From an uncultured Thiotrichales bacterium (GTDB taxonomy: Bacteria; Pseudomonadota; Gammaproteobacteria; UWMA-0217), in NCBI GenBank assembly GCA_964614535.1, contig CAZTOZ010000071.1:7675-71674 (forward strand): a DNA stretch of 64,000 bases, given 5' to 3'. The notes under the pieces were generated by a model, which was not told where the DNA came from, searched no databases, and saw only the letters and a list, made by a program, of their open reading frames with translations. Within the stretch, counting starts at the first letter, position 1. Each line of letters starts with the position of its first letter. The position numbers and the translations under genes are program-made. Below, one piece after another: positions 43,576 to 54,496 of this stretch.

Positions 43576-44784
43576 TCATCGGTTGTCCATTTCCACCGCG
43601 TCGAGCAACGTATCGGCAAAATCGGGTATCGCGCTGAAGACACGGTTCCAGTTGGCCATGAACGGCACCTCCTCCGGATGGCCCAGATAGACTTCGCCGG
43701 CACGGACGATGGCCTGGGTGAACAGCTCCACCGCCTGCTCCTCGGCATGACGGTCGAAGTCCAGGCCATTGAGCAGCGCATCGGCCTCGTAGCGCTCGAT
43801 CATATCCAGCGCCTGCCGGTAGTAGGTGGCCTTCAGGGTGCGAAAAAAGGCGGAGCTGAGCTGGATGCCCTCGGTGGCCAGCTTGCGGAAGATGGCCTTG
43901 GCGATCTCGTGGGCCATCCGCGCCAGTCCGCCGCTGTAGTCGGCATCCCCCATCACCTGATGTTTGTGGTCGTAGTTGTCGGCCAGATCCACCTGACAGA
44001 CGTGGCGGTTGGTGACATTGCGATAGACCTCGGAGAGCATGCCGATCTCCAGGCTCCAGTCGCCCGGAATACGCATCGCCGGGATGATTTCGGTCCGCAT
44101 GCCGAACTCGCCCGCCAGCGGATAGCGGAACGACCCGAGAAATTCCAGATAGGGCACCGGGCCCAGTATTTTCAGCGACTGGATCAGCGGCGCCACCAGC
44201 AGCCGCACGGCCCGGCCACTCAAGCGATTGTCGTGGATGCGGGAGTAGTATCCCTTGGCGAAGACGAAATCGAACAGCGGATTGGCCAGCGGATAGAACA
44301 GCCGGGCCGGCAGGTCGCGTTCATAGGTGACGATGTCGCAGTCGTGCAGCGCGATCACCTTGGCGTTGTTGGCAGCAAGAACATAGCCCATGCAGAACCA
44401 GACGTTGCGTCCCTTGCCCTCCTGCGTGGGCGAGAGCCCTTTTTCCGCCAGCCGCGAATCGAGCGCGCGCAGCGCCGGGCCGTCGTTCCAGAGAATTTTC
44501 TTGCGCTGGGGCAGGCGATCGAAGAACCGCCTGGCCCGTTCGAACTGGGCGGCGTCGGCGCGATCCAGCCCGATGACGATCTCACCGATATAGCCGGCGC
44601 CCGCCAGTTTCTCGACGATCGTTCCCAACGCCGGCCCTTCCAGCTCGGAATAGAGCGACGGCAGAATCAGCGTCATCGGGTTCTTTTGGCTGAAACCCAG
44701 TAGCTCGGCCTCCAGCGCCTCCAGCGGCCTGTCGGTGAGTTTGTGCAGCGTCGTGATCGCCCCTGCCTGTGAAAAATCGCTCAT
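43576..44784 (-). CDS. GT-A-type glycosyltransferase, putative glucosyl/mannosyl-3-phosphoglycerate synthase
   Basis: The product is 402 aa, which fits the GT55/GT81 size class. An 'HDCD' acidic motif is present. The gene lies immediately downstream of an MPGP-family phosphatase. Confidence 0.45.
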   Translation of the reverse strand: MSDFSQAGAITTLHKLTDRPLEALEAELLGFSQKNPMTLILPSLYSELEGPALGTIVEKLAGAGYIGEIVIGLDRADAAQFERARRFFDRLPQRKKILWNDGPALRALDSRLAEKGLSPTQEGKGRNVWFCMGYVLAANNAKVIALHDCDIVTYERDLPARLFYPLANPLFDFVFAKGYYSRIHDNRLSGRAVRLLVAPLIQSLKILGPVPYLEFLGSFRYPLAGEFGMRTEIIPAMRIPGDWSLEIGMLSEVYRNVTNRHVCQVDLADNYDHKHQVMGDADYSGGLARMAHEIAKAIFRKLATEGIQLSSAFFRTLKATYYRQALDMIERYEADALLNGLDFDRHAEEQAVELFTQAIVRAGEVYLGHPEEVPFMANWNRVFSAIPDFADTLLDAVEMDNR

Positions 44785-45020
44785 CGCTCCCTCCCGTTCC
44801 GTCGTCTGTCACCATCCGTTCCGAACACCACCGGCCGACTCGTCGCCCTCGGACGAATCCCCTGGGGCCGGGTACGGACCACCGCTTTCTCGCACAATCG
44901 GCTGCCGACCACAACCATCGGTGATCTGGCCAATCCCGTCGGGCGAACGATTCGACGCCGTTGCCACCACATGCCGAAGGTCACGGACCGCCGCGCCGGG
45001 GGGACACCTCAGGATGGATT

Positions 45021-45860
45021 TCACCGCTGCCCGCCCAGCAGTTCGAGGATCGCCTCGTTCCATCCCGCCGGCCCCGGCAGCCGGGTCCACAAGATTCTGT
45101 CGGCCTGCGGCGCAATCGGATCGGAGTCGGGATTGGCGACGACCACGGCAACATCGGCGGCTTCGAGCATCTGCAGATCGTTCGGCCCGTCGCCAAGAGC
45201 GATCGACGTCAGCGCCCGGCCCCGTCTCTCCTCCAGCAAGTGGTGCAGCCACCGCATCGCATCGGCCTTGCTGGTGTCTCCCATCACATGAAAGAAGCGC
45301 CCGCCCTTGACCAACGTCAGCCCATGGTCCGCCAACGCCCGGCGAAAGGCCGACAGCGCCGCCTCGCTGCCCCGCCAGACGATCGGCTCCGACGCCTCCC
45401 GCTGGCCCGCGCGGCGGGCATCGTCGGGCGGCAGGCCGGTACGGGCCGCCAATGTCGCCACGTCCCAATCGGAGAAGCCCTCGAAGCGAAAGGACGAATC
45501 CGCGCGCAGGGTCGCCAGCAGCGCCACGATGCCGGCATGGTCGGCGCCGAAACGACGAATACGGTAGCCGTCCCGCTCACGGTCGCCGGGGACGCCGATG
45601 TCGTACGCCCGCGGCCAGGCCACGAACGCACCATTCTCACCGATCACCGGGTGATCGAGCCCCAGACGGTCGGCCAGCATCACCAGTTCGGGGAAGGTCT
45701 TGCTCGACGTCAGCACCACCGGCACGCCACCACGGCGCAACTCGTCGAGGGCCGGCCGCGCGGCCGCGTAGGAGTAGTCGTGATGGTCGAGCAGAGTGCC
45801 GTCGAGATCGGTATAGACGACGATTTCCTCCGCGGGCAGCGGAAACCTCATCGCCGTCAC
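45021..45860 (-). CDS. HAD-IIB phosphatase, mannosyl-3-phosphoglycerate phosphatase (YedP/MPGP) family
   Basis: It aligns block by block with E. coli YedP: 'VVYTDLDGTLLD', 'VLTSSKT', 'ENGA', 'GGRFFHVM', 'LGDGPND', 'PGPAGW'. Confidence 0.85.
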   Translation of the reverse strand: MTAMRFPLPAEEIVVYTDLDGTLLDHHDYSYAAARPALDELRRGGVPVVLTSSKTFPELVMLADRLGLDHPVIGENGAFVAWPRAYDIGVPGDRERDGYRIRRFGADHAGIVALLATLRADSSFRFEGFSDWDVATLAARTGLPPDDARRAGQREASEPIVWRGSEAALSAFRRALADHGLTLVKGGRFFHVMGDTSKADAMRWLHHLLEERRGRALTSIALGDGPNDLQMLEAADVAVVVANPDSDPIAPQADRILWTRLPGPAGWNEAILELLGGQR

Positions 45861-45865
45861 CCCGG

Positions 45866-46693
45866 TCAGCCCGCCACGGCGCGCAGGCGGCGATGCTGCA
45901 ACACCGGAAAGCTGCGGCGGACGCGGCGCAGGCAGTCGAGACTGATCTCTCCGATCACGGCACCGGGCTTGTGGTCGTCGGCCTCGTCGATGACCGCCCC
46001 CCAGGGATCGACGATCATGCTGTGGCCGTAGGTGGTGCGGCCATTGACGTGATAACCGCCCTGCCCGGCGGCAACGACGTAGCAGAGGTTTTCGATGGCG
46101 CGGGCCCGCACGAGCACGTCCCAGTGGGCCTTGCCGGTGAGGTCGGTGAACGCGGCCGGGACGAGGATGATCTCGGCCCCCTTGTCCACCAGTTCACGAA
46201 AGAGTTCGGGAAAACGCAGATCGTAGCAAACCGTCATGCCGATGACGCCAAACGGCGTATCGACGACCACGGTCCGCTCGCCCGGCCAGATGGTCTCCGA
46301 TTCGTTGTACTGCTCATCCACGTCGGGCAACGCGACATCGAAGAGGTGGATCTTGTCGTAGCGGGCGATCTGCCGCCCCTGATCGTCATAGACGAGGCTG
46401 GCGGCATAGACCTTGCCCGGCACCGGGCTTTCGATCGGCACCGTGCCCCCGCAGAGCCACACCCCGTACTTGCGGGCATTCTCGGCGAGAAACTCCTGTA
46501 TCGGGCCACCACCGGCGGACTCGGCCACTTCGAGCTTGTCCTGCTCGGTGACGCCCATCAGGGCAAAGTTCTCCGGCAGCACGATGAACCGCGCGCCGCG
46601 CCCCGCCGCCTCGGCAATGAGCTTGCCCGCCAGCAGCAGATTGGCGGTGACCTGCGGCCCGGAGGCCATCTGTATTGCGGCAAAGATACTCAA
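45866..46693 (-). CDS. carbon-nitrogen hydrolase (nitrilase-superfamily) protein
   Basis: The E-K-C triad context is present ('VLPE', 'TVCYDLRFPE'). It lies downstream of yhdP, as in Pseudomonas. Confidence 0.8.
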   Translation of the reverse strand: MSIFAAIQMASGPQVTANLLLAGKLIAEAAGRGARFIVLPENFALMGVTEQDKLEVAESAGGGPIQEFLAENARKYGVWLCGGTVPIESPVPGKVYAASLVYDDQGRQIARYDKIHLFDVALPDVDEQYNESETIWPGERTVVVDTPFGVIGMTVCYDLRFPELFRELVDKGAEIILVPAAFTDLTGKAHWDVLVRARAIENLCYVVAAGQGGYHVNGRTTYGHSMIVDPWGAVIDEADDHKPGAVIGEISLDCLRRVRRSFPVLQHRRLRAVAG

Positions 46694-46849
46694 CGCACTA
46701 TTCCATTCGTCATGATGTCCCCCTCGCGCCGGCCCACCCGGAGCCGATGCGGGCCGACGAGCTGCAACCTAACAACATTATCGGCGAAAAACCAACGGCC
46801 TACAGCCAAATTGTGTCGTCGGGCCGGCCTTTTCACACAAACCGTGGCC

Positions 46850-49800
46850 TCATTCCATCACATCGAAAACCGCCGCCCCGTCGTTTTCGTCCGCCAATGG
46901 CTGCAATGGCTCGATCTTCGGCTGATCCCAGCTGCCGGTGACGGTGTAGTCGAGGGCGATCGTCTTGTTCACGTCGATGCCCATGCCCGCGGCCAGCTTG
47001 TCGAGCATGAAGACGACGACCCCCGCCTGCGGCCCGGCGATCAGCCCGGCCGCCAGCGGCGCCGACGACGACAGCTTCGGTACCACCTGCAACGTCAGGT
47101 CGTAGCGGCGCCCGATCAGATCGGTGCTTCCGCGCATGGCGAAACTGGCGACCGGACCGTCGATCAGCAGATCGTCCGTCTCCAGCACACCGTTCTCGAC
47201 ATGGGCCGAGCCCTGGAGCTTCTCGTAGTAGAACCCCTCTTTCTCCATGTCCTTGAAATTGAGGGCGAGCCGGCGCGGCAGGTAGTCGAGGCTCAACAAC
47301 CCGATCAGGCGCCCCAACCCCGGCTCGATCTTGCGCAACCAGCCATCGCGCAGATCGACCCGAAGATCGGCCCGCAACGTCTCCAGCGCGTATCGGGCGG
47401 GCGATCCCGGCCATGAAACCTCGCCGGCGAGGGAACCGCTGCCGCTGCCGAGACTTTCACCGAAACCGAAGGTTTCGAGGATCTGTCCCACATCGTTGCC
47501 ACGGGCGACGAAATCGAAGCGGCTGGACTCTTCGGTGGCGGTCTTGCGCCACAAGCCGCTGGCCTCGACATCGAGATGATCGGTGGCCAGCGCAATGTCG
47601 GTCAACGCCATGCCGTCGCGTCGCGGTTCGCTACGCAGACGGAAATCGTGAAAACGGTGGTCGCCCCAGCGCAGCAGCGCGGCCTGTAGATCGAGCGGCG
47701 GCAGCGTTCGTGGATCGAACGCCCGTGCCGCCGCGGCACCACCCGGCTCGAGCTCGAGCCGTTGCAGCGCGGCCTCGACCGGCGCCCGCCCCAGCGGCAG
47801 CGGCACCACCACCTCCCCGGCCACGGCCGGCGCATCGATCTTTGCTGTCCACCGCCCATCCGCGCGCCGGGCACGCAACCCGACATCGGAAAACCGCTTG
47901 CCGGCCACCCGCAGCCGGTCGATGCGGACATCGATGTCATCGACCTGGGACAACGGATTCTTGTTCGCGTCATCGTCGCGTGGAGGGAATCGCGCCACGA
48001 CATCGGCCCAGGCCGCCACATCCACCACCGGCCAGGTTCCCCGCACACGGATGCCCGCCGCCGGCAGCTCACCCGCCTCGCCGCGCAGCGCCACCGCCGC
48101 CCGGGCGACAGTGAGCATCGGCCGGGTCTGCATCTGCGCCCGCAGATCGAACAGCCCGGGCACCCGCACCCGCAGCCGCGGCGGGCTGGAGAAGCGCCAG
48201 GTCACCGCCAGCTCGCGTTTCGGGGTGGCCGCCTTGCCGAGCGGCGCTGGCAGGTCGATCGCAACGCCATCCAGTTCCGAACGCACCGTCAGCCACGGTG
48301 CGCGCTTTGCTTCGCCGGGCCGGCGGCGTGGAAGGTTCAACACGCCATGCCAGACGGCCACGCCATCGCTCACCGCCTCGATGAGATCACGCTGCCGCGG
48401 CAGCAGATCGGCCGGATCCCAGGCCCCTTCCACCGCCACCCGCACCGTGCCATCGTCACCGGTCGTCACCGTGGCCGTCACCGGCGCGTTGCGAAGAACG
48501 CCCCGCAACGACTCGGAGGAAAAGCGGTCATCGACGAAATGGAGGCGACCTTCCAGTTCGGCGACGCGCAGCGGCTGGGCGGGAATGGCCGCCTCACAGC
48601 GTTGCAGGTCGATGGTGCCGCTGACCCGACGCCGCTTTTTCAGCTTTTTCGACAGCGTCATCAACAGATCGAGATCGAGCGCCACCGGGCCGGCCGACGT
48701 CACCCCGTCGAGAAAATCACCGAGATTGCGATTGAGCGGACTGTGTTGGACAAACCGCAGCGCCTGCGGCAACTCGCCCTTCGCCCGCCCTTTCACCGTC
48801 AACCGGGCGCGGAACATATCGGCGATTTCCACGTCGGCCCGTTCGATCCGCGCACCCATCACCCCGCCACGGTCGACGCGGGCCGTCATTCGCGCATTGT
48901 CGAACCGGACGATCCCGTCAAGATCCGACAACGCCGGCCAGTCGGGATGGTAGTCGAGCGTTGCATCACGCACGTCCATCGTCACCTGCAGAGCCGCCTC
49001 GCCACGCTGGAAGGCCGCCTTGCGCAACGGGCCGCTGTAATTCATCCGGATATTCTCGGCGACCCCCTCGTCGAAGGCGCGGCGCAGCCATGTTCCGGTT
49101 TTCGGCGGCAGCACGCCGTAGGGCAGATAGTGGGAGAGGCGGCCCAGCGGGAACGACGGCGCGATCAACTCCATCGTCAACGCCGGGTAGGCCTCCCCAT
49201 CGCCGAGTTCCAGCGTGGCGCCGCCCCGGGCGACGATATCGGCATTGGCCAGAATGAAGTGTTCCATCGCCACCGCCCAGATCCCGTCCTTCTTCTCCCA
49301 GTTCAGCTCGGCGTGGACGCCGCGGGCGTCGATCACCGTCTCGAACAGGCGGGGGTAGTCCAGCTCGAAGCCGGTGCTGTCGATTTTGGCAACCCCCTGG
49401 GTCGCCGTCGCCACCACATCCCCGGAGATGTGGGCGACCCCGGGAACACGCCCCGTCTCACCCCAGGCCAGATCGTCGAAGCGCGCCTTGAACGCAAACT
49501 TCTCCAGCGAGTCGAAGCGGCGCGGCAGGGAGAAGTCGAGATCGCGCAACTCCCCTGCCGGATGCAGGCGCCGCAGCCATGCCAACTGCCGGTCGCTCAA
49601 TCCCGGCATGAGCGTGGCGATGGTGCGCACACTCTCGATGTCGACATAATCGACGACACCGAAATAGGCGCCCACCTCGTCGTCCCACGCCAGGCTGAAA
49701 CCCCCTTCGGGCCAGTGCTTCTGCGGTGTGATGACACGCAGACGGTCCATGTCGATCCGCCAGCTGCGAAAATCGCCGGACAGCCGCAGATCGGCGGTCA

Positions 49801-50716
49801 ACGCATCGATGAAACCGAAACGCGCAGCACCGTCCCCATCGGCGGCGGGCGTCGCATCGACACGGACGTCGTGCAGGCCGACGTGGCCCTGCATGTCGAA
49901 ACCACGGTCACGAAAGCTGCTGCCCCAGAGCTTCAGATCGAGTGTCCCGGCGCCGGCGTGGGAGAGCACCCCTTCACGCAGATAGGGGACGCCGGCGAGA
50001 TTGATTTCCGTGCCTTCGACGAAGAAATGGCTGTTCCACTGTCGCGGCGACGCCAACGGCCCCTCCGCCACGAGCTGTAGCTCGACGCGATCCCCCAGCG
50101 ATCGCGGCGGCGCGATCTTCGCCTTCAGCGCCAACGCCTCCCCGCCGACGTAGAGGTCGAGATCGACGGCGGTGAAACGGTAGTTGCGGCCGGCGATGCG
50201 GTCCTCCCATTCGATCAGAATGTCGCTGAGCTTGAGCGTCATGCCAGCGACACGGTCGAGCATTTTTTCCAGTGACGGTCTCTGCGTCCTCTGCCCGCCG
50301 GAAAATCCCTGCACCGAGATTTTCCGGTCCTCGCCCCGGATCACCTTGAAATGGCTGCCGGCCAGCTCGATCACATCGGCTTCGAGGCGGCGTCGCAGCA
50401 GTGTCTTCCAGGGATTGAAGCGGATACCCATCCGCGCGAAATGGAGAATCGGCTCTCCGCTGTCGGGATCGTCGATCTCGACATCGCGGAAGATCACCAG
50501 CGGCTTGAGCTTGAAGCCGTCCCAGCGTGCATCGATATAACCGATCTTCAGCGGATGACGAATGACCGTGGAGATTTTTTCGGCGATGACGTCGCGGTAG
50601 TCGTTGGCCAGCGGCATCGCCAGCGTCACCAGCACCACCAGCAGGGCCAACAGCAACAGCAGCACGACGAGCTGTCGCAGCCCGTGTCGGACCCCGGCTT
50701 TCAGCACTACGCGCAT
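46850..50716 (-). CDS. yhdP: YhdP-family (AsmA-like) inner-membrane-anchored protein
   Basis: The product is 1288 aa with an N-terminal TM anchor. DUF3971-like repeats are present. Position downstream of rng-maf matches the conserved arrangement. Confidence 0.85.
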   Translation of the reverse strand: MRVVLKAGVRHGLRQLVVLLLLLALLVVLVTLAMPLANDYRDVIAEKISTVIRHPLKIGYIDARWDGFKLKPLVIFRDVEIDDPDSGEPILHFARMGIRFNPWKTLLRRRLEADVIELAGSHFKVIRGEDRKISVQGFSGGQRTQRPSLEKMLDRVAGMTLKLSDILIEWEDRIAGRNYRFTAVDLDLYVGGEALALKAKIAPPRSLGDRVELQLVAEGPLASPRQWNSHFFVEGTEINLAGVPYLREGVLSHAGAGTLDLKLWGSSFRDRGFDMQGHVGLHDVRVDATPAADGDGAARFGFIDALTADLRLSGDFRSWRIDMDRLRVITPQKHWPEGGFSLAWDDEVGAYFGVVDYVDIESVRTIATLMPGLSDRQLAWLRRLHPAGELRDLDFSLPRRFDSLEKFAFKARFDDLAWGETGRVPGVAHISGDVVATATQGVAKIDSTGFELDYPRLFETVIDARGVHAELNWEKKDGIWAVAMEHFILANADIVARGGATLELGDGEAYPALTMELIAPSFPLGRLSHYLPYGVLPPKTGTWLRRAFDEGVAENIRMNYSGPLRKAAFQRGEAALQVTMDVRDATLDYHPDWPALSDLDGIVRFDNARMTARVDRGGVMGARIERADVEIADMFRARLTVKGRAKGELPQALRFVQHSPLNRNLGDFLDGVTSAGPVALDLDLLMTLSKKLKKRRRVSGTIDLQRCEAAIPAQPLRVAELEGRLHFVDDRFSSESLRGVLRNAPVTATVTTGDDGTVRVAVEGAWDPADLLPRQRDLIEAVSDGVAVWHGVLNLPRRRPGEAKRAPWLTVRSELDGVAIDLPAPLGKAATPKRELAVTWRFSSPPRLRVRVPGLFDLRAQMQTRPMLTVARAAVALRGEAGELPAAGIRVRGTWPVVDVAAWADVVARFPPRDDDANKNPLSQVDDIDVRIDRLRVAGKRFSDVGLRARRADGRWTAKIDAPAVAGEVVVPLPLGRAPVEAALQRLELEPGGAAAARAFDPRTLPPLDLQAALLRWGDHRFHDFRLRSEPRRDGMALTDIALATDHLDVEASGLWRKTATEESSRFDFVARGNDVGQILETFGFGESLGSGSGSLAGEVSWPGSPARYALETLRADLRVDLRDGWLRKIEPGLGRLIGLLSLDYLPRRLALNFKDMEKEGFYYEKLQGSAHVENGVLETDDLLIDGPVASFAMRGSTDLIGRRYDLTLQVVPKLSSSAPLAAGLIAGPQAGVVVFMLDKLAAGMGIDVNKTIALDYTVTGSWDQPKIEPLQPLADENDGAAVFDVME

Positions 50717-50829
50717 CTACTGGAGAACGCCCCTGAAAACAGCGATTTCTTCGTCATCGCCGCGCATCCCCCGGCACGGCGGAGGCCAGGCCGTGGCGGA
50801 AGGCGTGTATCGTTGACGCTGCCTGTCGG

Positions 50830-52305
50830 TCATAGCGGGACGACATCGAACTGGTCCTGGATATACTGGCTCTCGACGTTGTACTTGATGGGAATGTTGA
50901 TGAACTCCTGCAGCTCGGCCAGGCTCGACGACTCCTCGTCCAGCAGCAGATCGACGATCTCCTGCGAGGCCAGCACCAGCAGCTCCCGGGCATCGTATTG
51001 GCGCGACTCACGCAGAATCTCCCGGAACAGGTCGTAACAGGCCGACTCGGCGGTCTTCATATAGCCCTTTCCCTTGCAGTAGGGGCAGGGCTCGCAGAGC
51101 ACATGCTCCAGGCTTTCGCGGGTGCGCTTGCGCGTCATCTCCACCAGCCCCAGCGGGGAGACGTCGCAGATCTGACTGCGGGCGTGATCGCGGTCCATCG
51201 CCTTCTCCAGCGCACGCAACACCTGACGGCGGTGCTCCGGCTCGGCCATGTCGATGAAATCGATGATGATGATGCCACCGAGGTTGCGCAGCCGCAGCTG
51301 CCGGGCAATGGCCTGGGCCGCTTCGAGATTGGTCTTGTAGATGGTCTCCTCGAGATTGCGCGAACCGACGAAGCCCCCGGTGTTGACGTCGATGGTGGTC
51401 ATCGACTCGGTCTGGTCGAAGATCAGATACCCGCCAGACTTGAGCATCACTTTGCGTTCCAGCGCCTTGAGGATCTCGTCCTCGATGTTGTACATCTCGA
51501 AGATCGGGCGCTCGCCATTGTAGACCTCGACCCGGTCGGCCATCTCCGGCACATAGGACTCGGCAAACTCCAGCAGATCCTTGTGGGTGGAGTGGGAGTC
51601 GATCAACACCTTGTCGCAATCCTCACCCACCATGTCGCGCAGCGTCCGCTTGACCAGCGGCAGATCGTAATAGACGCAGGTACCCGCCTTGGCCGCCTTT
51701 TCACGCTCCATGATCTTGACCCAGACCCGTTGCAGGAACGCCATGTCCTGATGCAGGTCGGCGGCACTCACCCCTTCGGCCGCGGTGCGGATGATGTACC
51801 CCATCCGGGACTCGCCCCGTTCCTGCATCACCAGCTCGCGCAGGCGCTCACGCTCCTCCACGTCCTCGATGCGGGTGGAGACACCGATGGAGTCGCTGTA
51901 GGGCATCAGCACCAGATAGCGTGACGGAATGGTGATCTGCGTGGTCAGCCGCGCGCCCTTGGTGCCGAGCGGATCCTTCACCACCTGCACCAGCACCTTC
52001 TGCCCCTCGTGCAGCATGCTGGAGATCGATGGCGGCGTCGTCGGCTCGACCCCGCTGGCATTCGGCGGTGTCTTTTCGATGACATCGGAGACGTGGAGAA
52101 AGGCCGCCTTCTCCAGCCCGATGTCGACGAAGGCCGCTTCCATCCCCGGCAGTACCCGGCAGACCTTGCCCTTGAAGACATTGCCCACCAGCCCCGACTT
52201 ACGGGTACGCTCGATGGCCACCTCCTGCAACACGCCATTCTCGACGAAGGCGACGCGGGTCTCCTGGGGTGTGACGTTGACGAGGACTTCTGTGCTCATG
52301 GCCAA
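50830..52305 (-). CDS. rng: ribonuclease G
   Basis: An S1 domain and the RNase E/G catalytic core are present. The product is 491 aa. Confidence 0.9.
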   Translation of the reverse strand: MAMSTEVLVNVTPQETRVAFVENGVLQEVAIERTRKSGLVGNVFKGKVCRVLPGMEAAFVDIGLEKAAFLHVSDVIEKTPPNASGVEPTTPPSISSMLHEGQKVLVQVVKDPLGTKGARLTTQITIPSRYLVLMPYSDSIGVSTRIEDVEERERLRELVMQERGESRMGYIIRTAAEGVSAADLHQDMAFLQRVWVKIMEREKAAKAGTCVYYDLPLVKRTLRDMVGEDCDKVLIDSHSTHKDLLEFAESYVPEMADRVEVYNGERPIFEMYNIEDEILKALERKVMLKSGGYLIFDQTESMTTIDVNTGGFVGSRNLEETIYKTNLEAAQAIARQLRLRNLGGIIIIDFIDMAEPEHRRQVLRALEKAMDRDHARSQICDVSPLGLVEMTRKRTRESLEHVLCEPCPYCKGKGYMKTAESACYDLFREILRESRQYDARELLVLASQEIVDLLLDEESSSLAELQEFINIPIKYNVESQYIQDQFDVVPL

Positions 52306-52349
52306 GGCTTCATTCCGGTGGGCAGCAGATTATCGCAGAAGCGGCGCCG

Positions 52350-52922
52350 CTACGCCGCCGACAACACCGGCACGTCGAAAGCGGCGAGCAGCTCCGCGGT
52401 CTCGAACAGCGGCAGGCCCATGATGCCGCTGTAGCTGCCGCCGATCGACTCGACGAACACCGCCGCCAGCCCCTGAATACCATAACCGCCAGCCTTGTCG
52501 GCGGGCTCGCCGCTGCGCCAGTAGCGATGGATCTCGTCGTCGCCGAGCGGGCGGAAACGCACCGTCGAGGCCGACAGCCGTGTCTCTACCCGCGGGCCCC
52601 GCTGCACGGCAACGCCCGAGAGAACGCGGTGCGTCCGCCCGGAAAGCCGCCGCATCATCGCCACGAAGTCCGCCTCGTCGGCCGGTTTGCCAAGTATCCG
52701 CCCATCGGCCACGACGGCGGTGTCGGCGGCGATCACGATCTCGGGCCGTTGCCGCGCGATCGCGGCTGCCTTCTCCCGCGCCATCCGCCGGACATACACT
52801 TCGGGCGATTCCCCGGTACGCACCGACTCGTCGATATCGGCCGGCACCACCACCGGCTCGATGCCGATCTGTCGCAACAGCTCGACACGACGTGGCGACT
52901 GGGAGGCGAGTACGATGGTCAT
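52350..52922 (-). CDS. maf: Maf-like nucleoside triphosphate pyrophosphatase
   Basis: 'LASQSPRR' is present. The start is taken at MTIVLAS. The 63-codon upstream extension was rejected. Confidence 0.85.
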   Translation of the reverse strand: MTIVLASQSPRRVELLRQIGIEPVVVPADIDESVRTGESPEVYVRRMAREKAAAIARQRPEIVIAADTAVVADGRILGKPADEADFVAMMRRLSGRTHRVLSGVAVQRGPRVETRLSASTVRFRPLGDDEIHRYWRSGEPADKAGGYGIQGLAAVFVESIGGSYSGIMGLPLFETAELLAAFDVPVLSAA

Positions 52923-53054
52923 GTTCGGACAACCCCTGGGAAACGACAAGGGCGCATCATACCCAAATCCGGCCGAACGGCGGATGAACACGCGCCTTGA
53001 CCTGCCCGGCTTTCTCTGGTCAATTTGCGGACCAGCCCCACAACCACCGTCCCG

Positions 53055-53984
53055 ATGTATCCAAAGATCCTGCCCTTCTCCAGCGAACACCTCGACGTCG
53101 GAGACGGCCATTCACTCTACGTCGAGCAGACCGGTACGCCGGGCAAGCTGCCGGTGGTGGTGCTGCACGGCGGGCCGGGGGCCGGCAGCACACCGCTGCT
53201 CCGCCGGTTCTTCAATCCCGAGGCGTACCACATCGTCGTCTTCGACCAGCGGGGGGCCGGTCAGTCACGCCCCGCGGCCTCGCTGGAAGCCAACACCACG
53301 GCCCATCTGCTGGCCGACCTGGAGAAAATCCGCCAGCATCTCGATATCGATCGCTGGGTGGTCTTCGGCGGCTCCTGGGGCTCCAGCCTCGCCCTGCTCT
53401 ACGCCCAGGCCCACCCCGAGCGGGTGCTGGCGCTGGTGCTGCGCGGCATCTTTCTCTGCCGTCCGCAAGACATCGCCTGGTTCTACCAGCACGGCACCGG
53501 CCGCCTCTTTCCCGATTACTGGGCCGACTTTCTCGCGCCCATTCCCGAGGCCGAGCGCGACGACCTGATCGCCGCCTACCACAGACGGCTCACCGGCGAC
53601 GACGAGATCGCCCGGATGCGTGCCGCGATGGCCTGGACGCAGTGGGAGATGCGTACCTCGGTACTGCAATACAGCAGCACCGGTGACGACCTGCACCACG
53701 CGCTGAACATGGCGCGGATCGAATGTCACTACTTCATCAACGACTGCTTTCTGCGGCCCAACCAGATTCTCGACGAAGCCCACCGCCTGGAGGGGATCCC
53801 GGGTTACATCGTCCACGGCCGCTACGACGTCATCTGCCCGCTCGACCAGGCCTGGCGGCTACACCAGGCCTGGCCGTCGTCCCAGCTCACCGTCGTCCCC
53901 ACCGCGGGCCACTCGGCCACGGAAGCCGGCATCGGCAAGGCGCTGGTCCGCATCACCGACCGGCTCGTCGGCACGCTGCGATGA
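53055..53984 (+). CDS. pip: proline iminopeptidase
   Basis: The 'GGSWGS' nucleophile elbow is present in an alpha/beta-hydrolase S33 fold. Confidence 0.85.
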   Translation: MYPKILPFSSEHLDVGDGHSLYVEQTGTPGKLPVVVLHGGPGAGSTPLLRRFFNPEAYHIVVFDQRGAGQSRPAASLEANTTAHLLADLEKIRQHLDIDRWVVFGGSWGSSLALLYAQAHPERVLALVLRGIFLCRPQDIAWFYQHGTGRLFPDYWADFLAPIPEAERDDLIAAYHRRLTGDDEIARMRAAMAWTQWEMRTSVLQYSSTGDDLHHALNMARIECHYFINDCFLRPNQILDEAHRLEGIPGYIVHGRYDVICPLDQAWRLHQAWPSSQLTVVPTAGHSATEAGIGKALVRITDRLVGTLR

Positions 53985-54418
53985 TCGGGTTGCTGCAGCG
54001 GGTCCGCGAGGCGCGGGTGGTGATCGATGGCGAGACCGTCGGCGAGATCGGCAGCGGGCTGCTGGTGCTGCTGGGGGTGGAGAAAGGCGACGACGAAGCC
54101 CGCGCCGACCGGCTGCTGGAACGCATCCTCGGCTATCGCATCTTCGCCGACACGCGGGGACGGATGAATCTGTCGCTCGCCGACACCAACGGCGGCCTGC
54201 TGCTGGTGCCGCAGTTCACGCTCGCTGCCGACACCCGCAAGGGACGCCGCCCCAGCTTCGACCCGGCCGCCCCACCGGCGCTCGGAGAGGCGCTGTTCGA
54301 CTACACGCTGGCGCGGGCCCGCCACCTGCATGGACAGGTCGAGAGCGGTCGCTTCGGCGCCGACATGCAGGTGCATCTGGTCAACGACGGGCCGGCGACC
54401 TTCTGGTTGCAGCAGTAG
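53981..54418 (+). CDS. dtd: D-aminoacyl-tRNA deacylase
   Basis: 'MIGLLQRV' and the 'SQFTL' motif are present. An ATGA overlap links it to pip. Confidence 0.9.
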   Translation: MIGLLQRVREARVVIDGETVGEIGSGLLVLLGVEKGDDEARADRLLERILGYRIFADTRGRMNLSLADTNGGLLLVPQFTLAADTRKGRRPSFDPAAPPALGEALFDYTLARARHLHGQVESGRFGADMQVHLVNDGPATFWLQQ

Positions 54419-54496
54419 CCAAAGGGCTGGCATACCGCCCGACGCCGCCGCGCCCGCTATGGTTGCCCCCCCGATTCTCTGGCATCATACCGCCCC

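Noticed and set aside
47762-50080. 772-aa and neighbouring 654-aa plus-strand ORFs (45452-47416)
   Set aside because: They are antisense to yhdP and the nitrilase/HAD genes. Their composition is low-complexity Arg/Pro/His-rich, and they have no start context.
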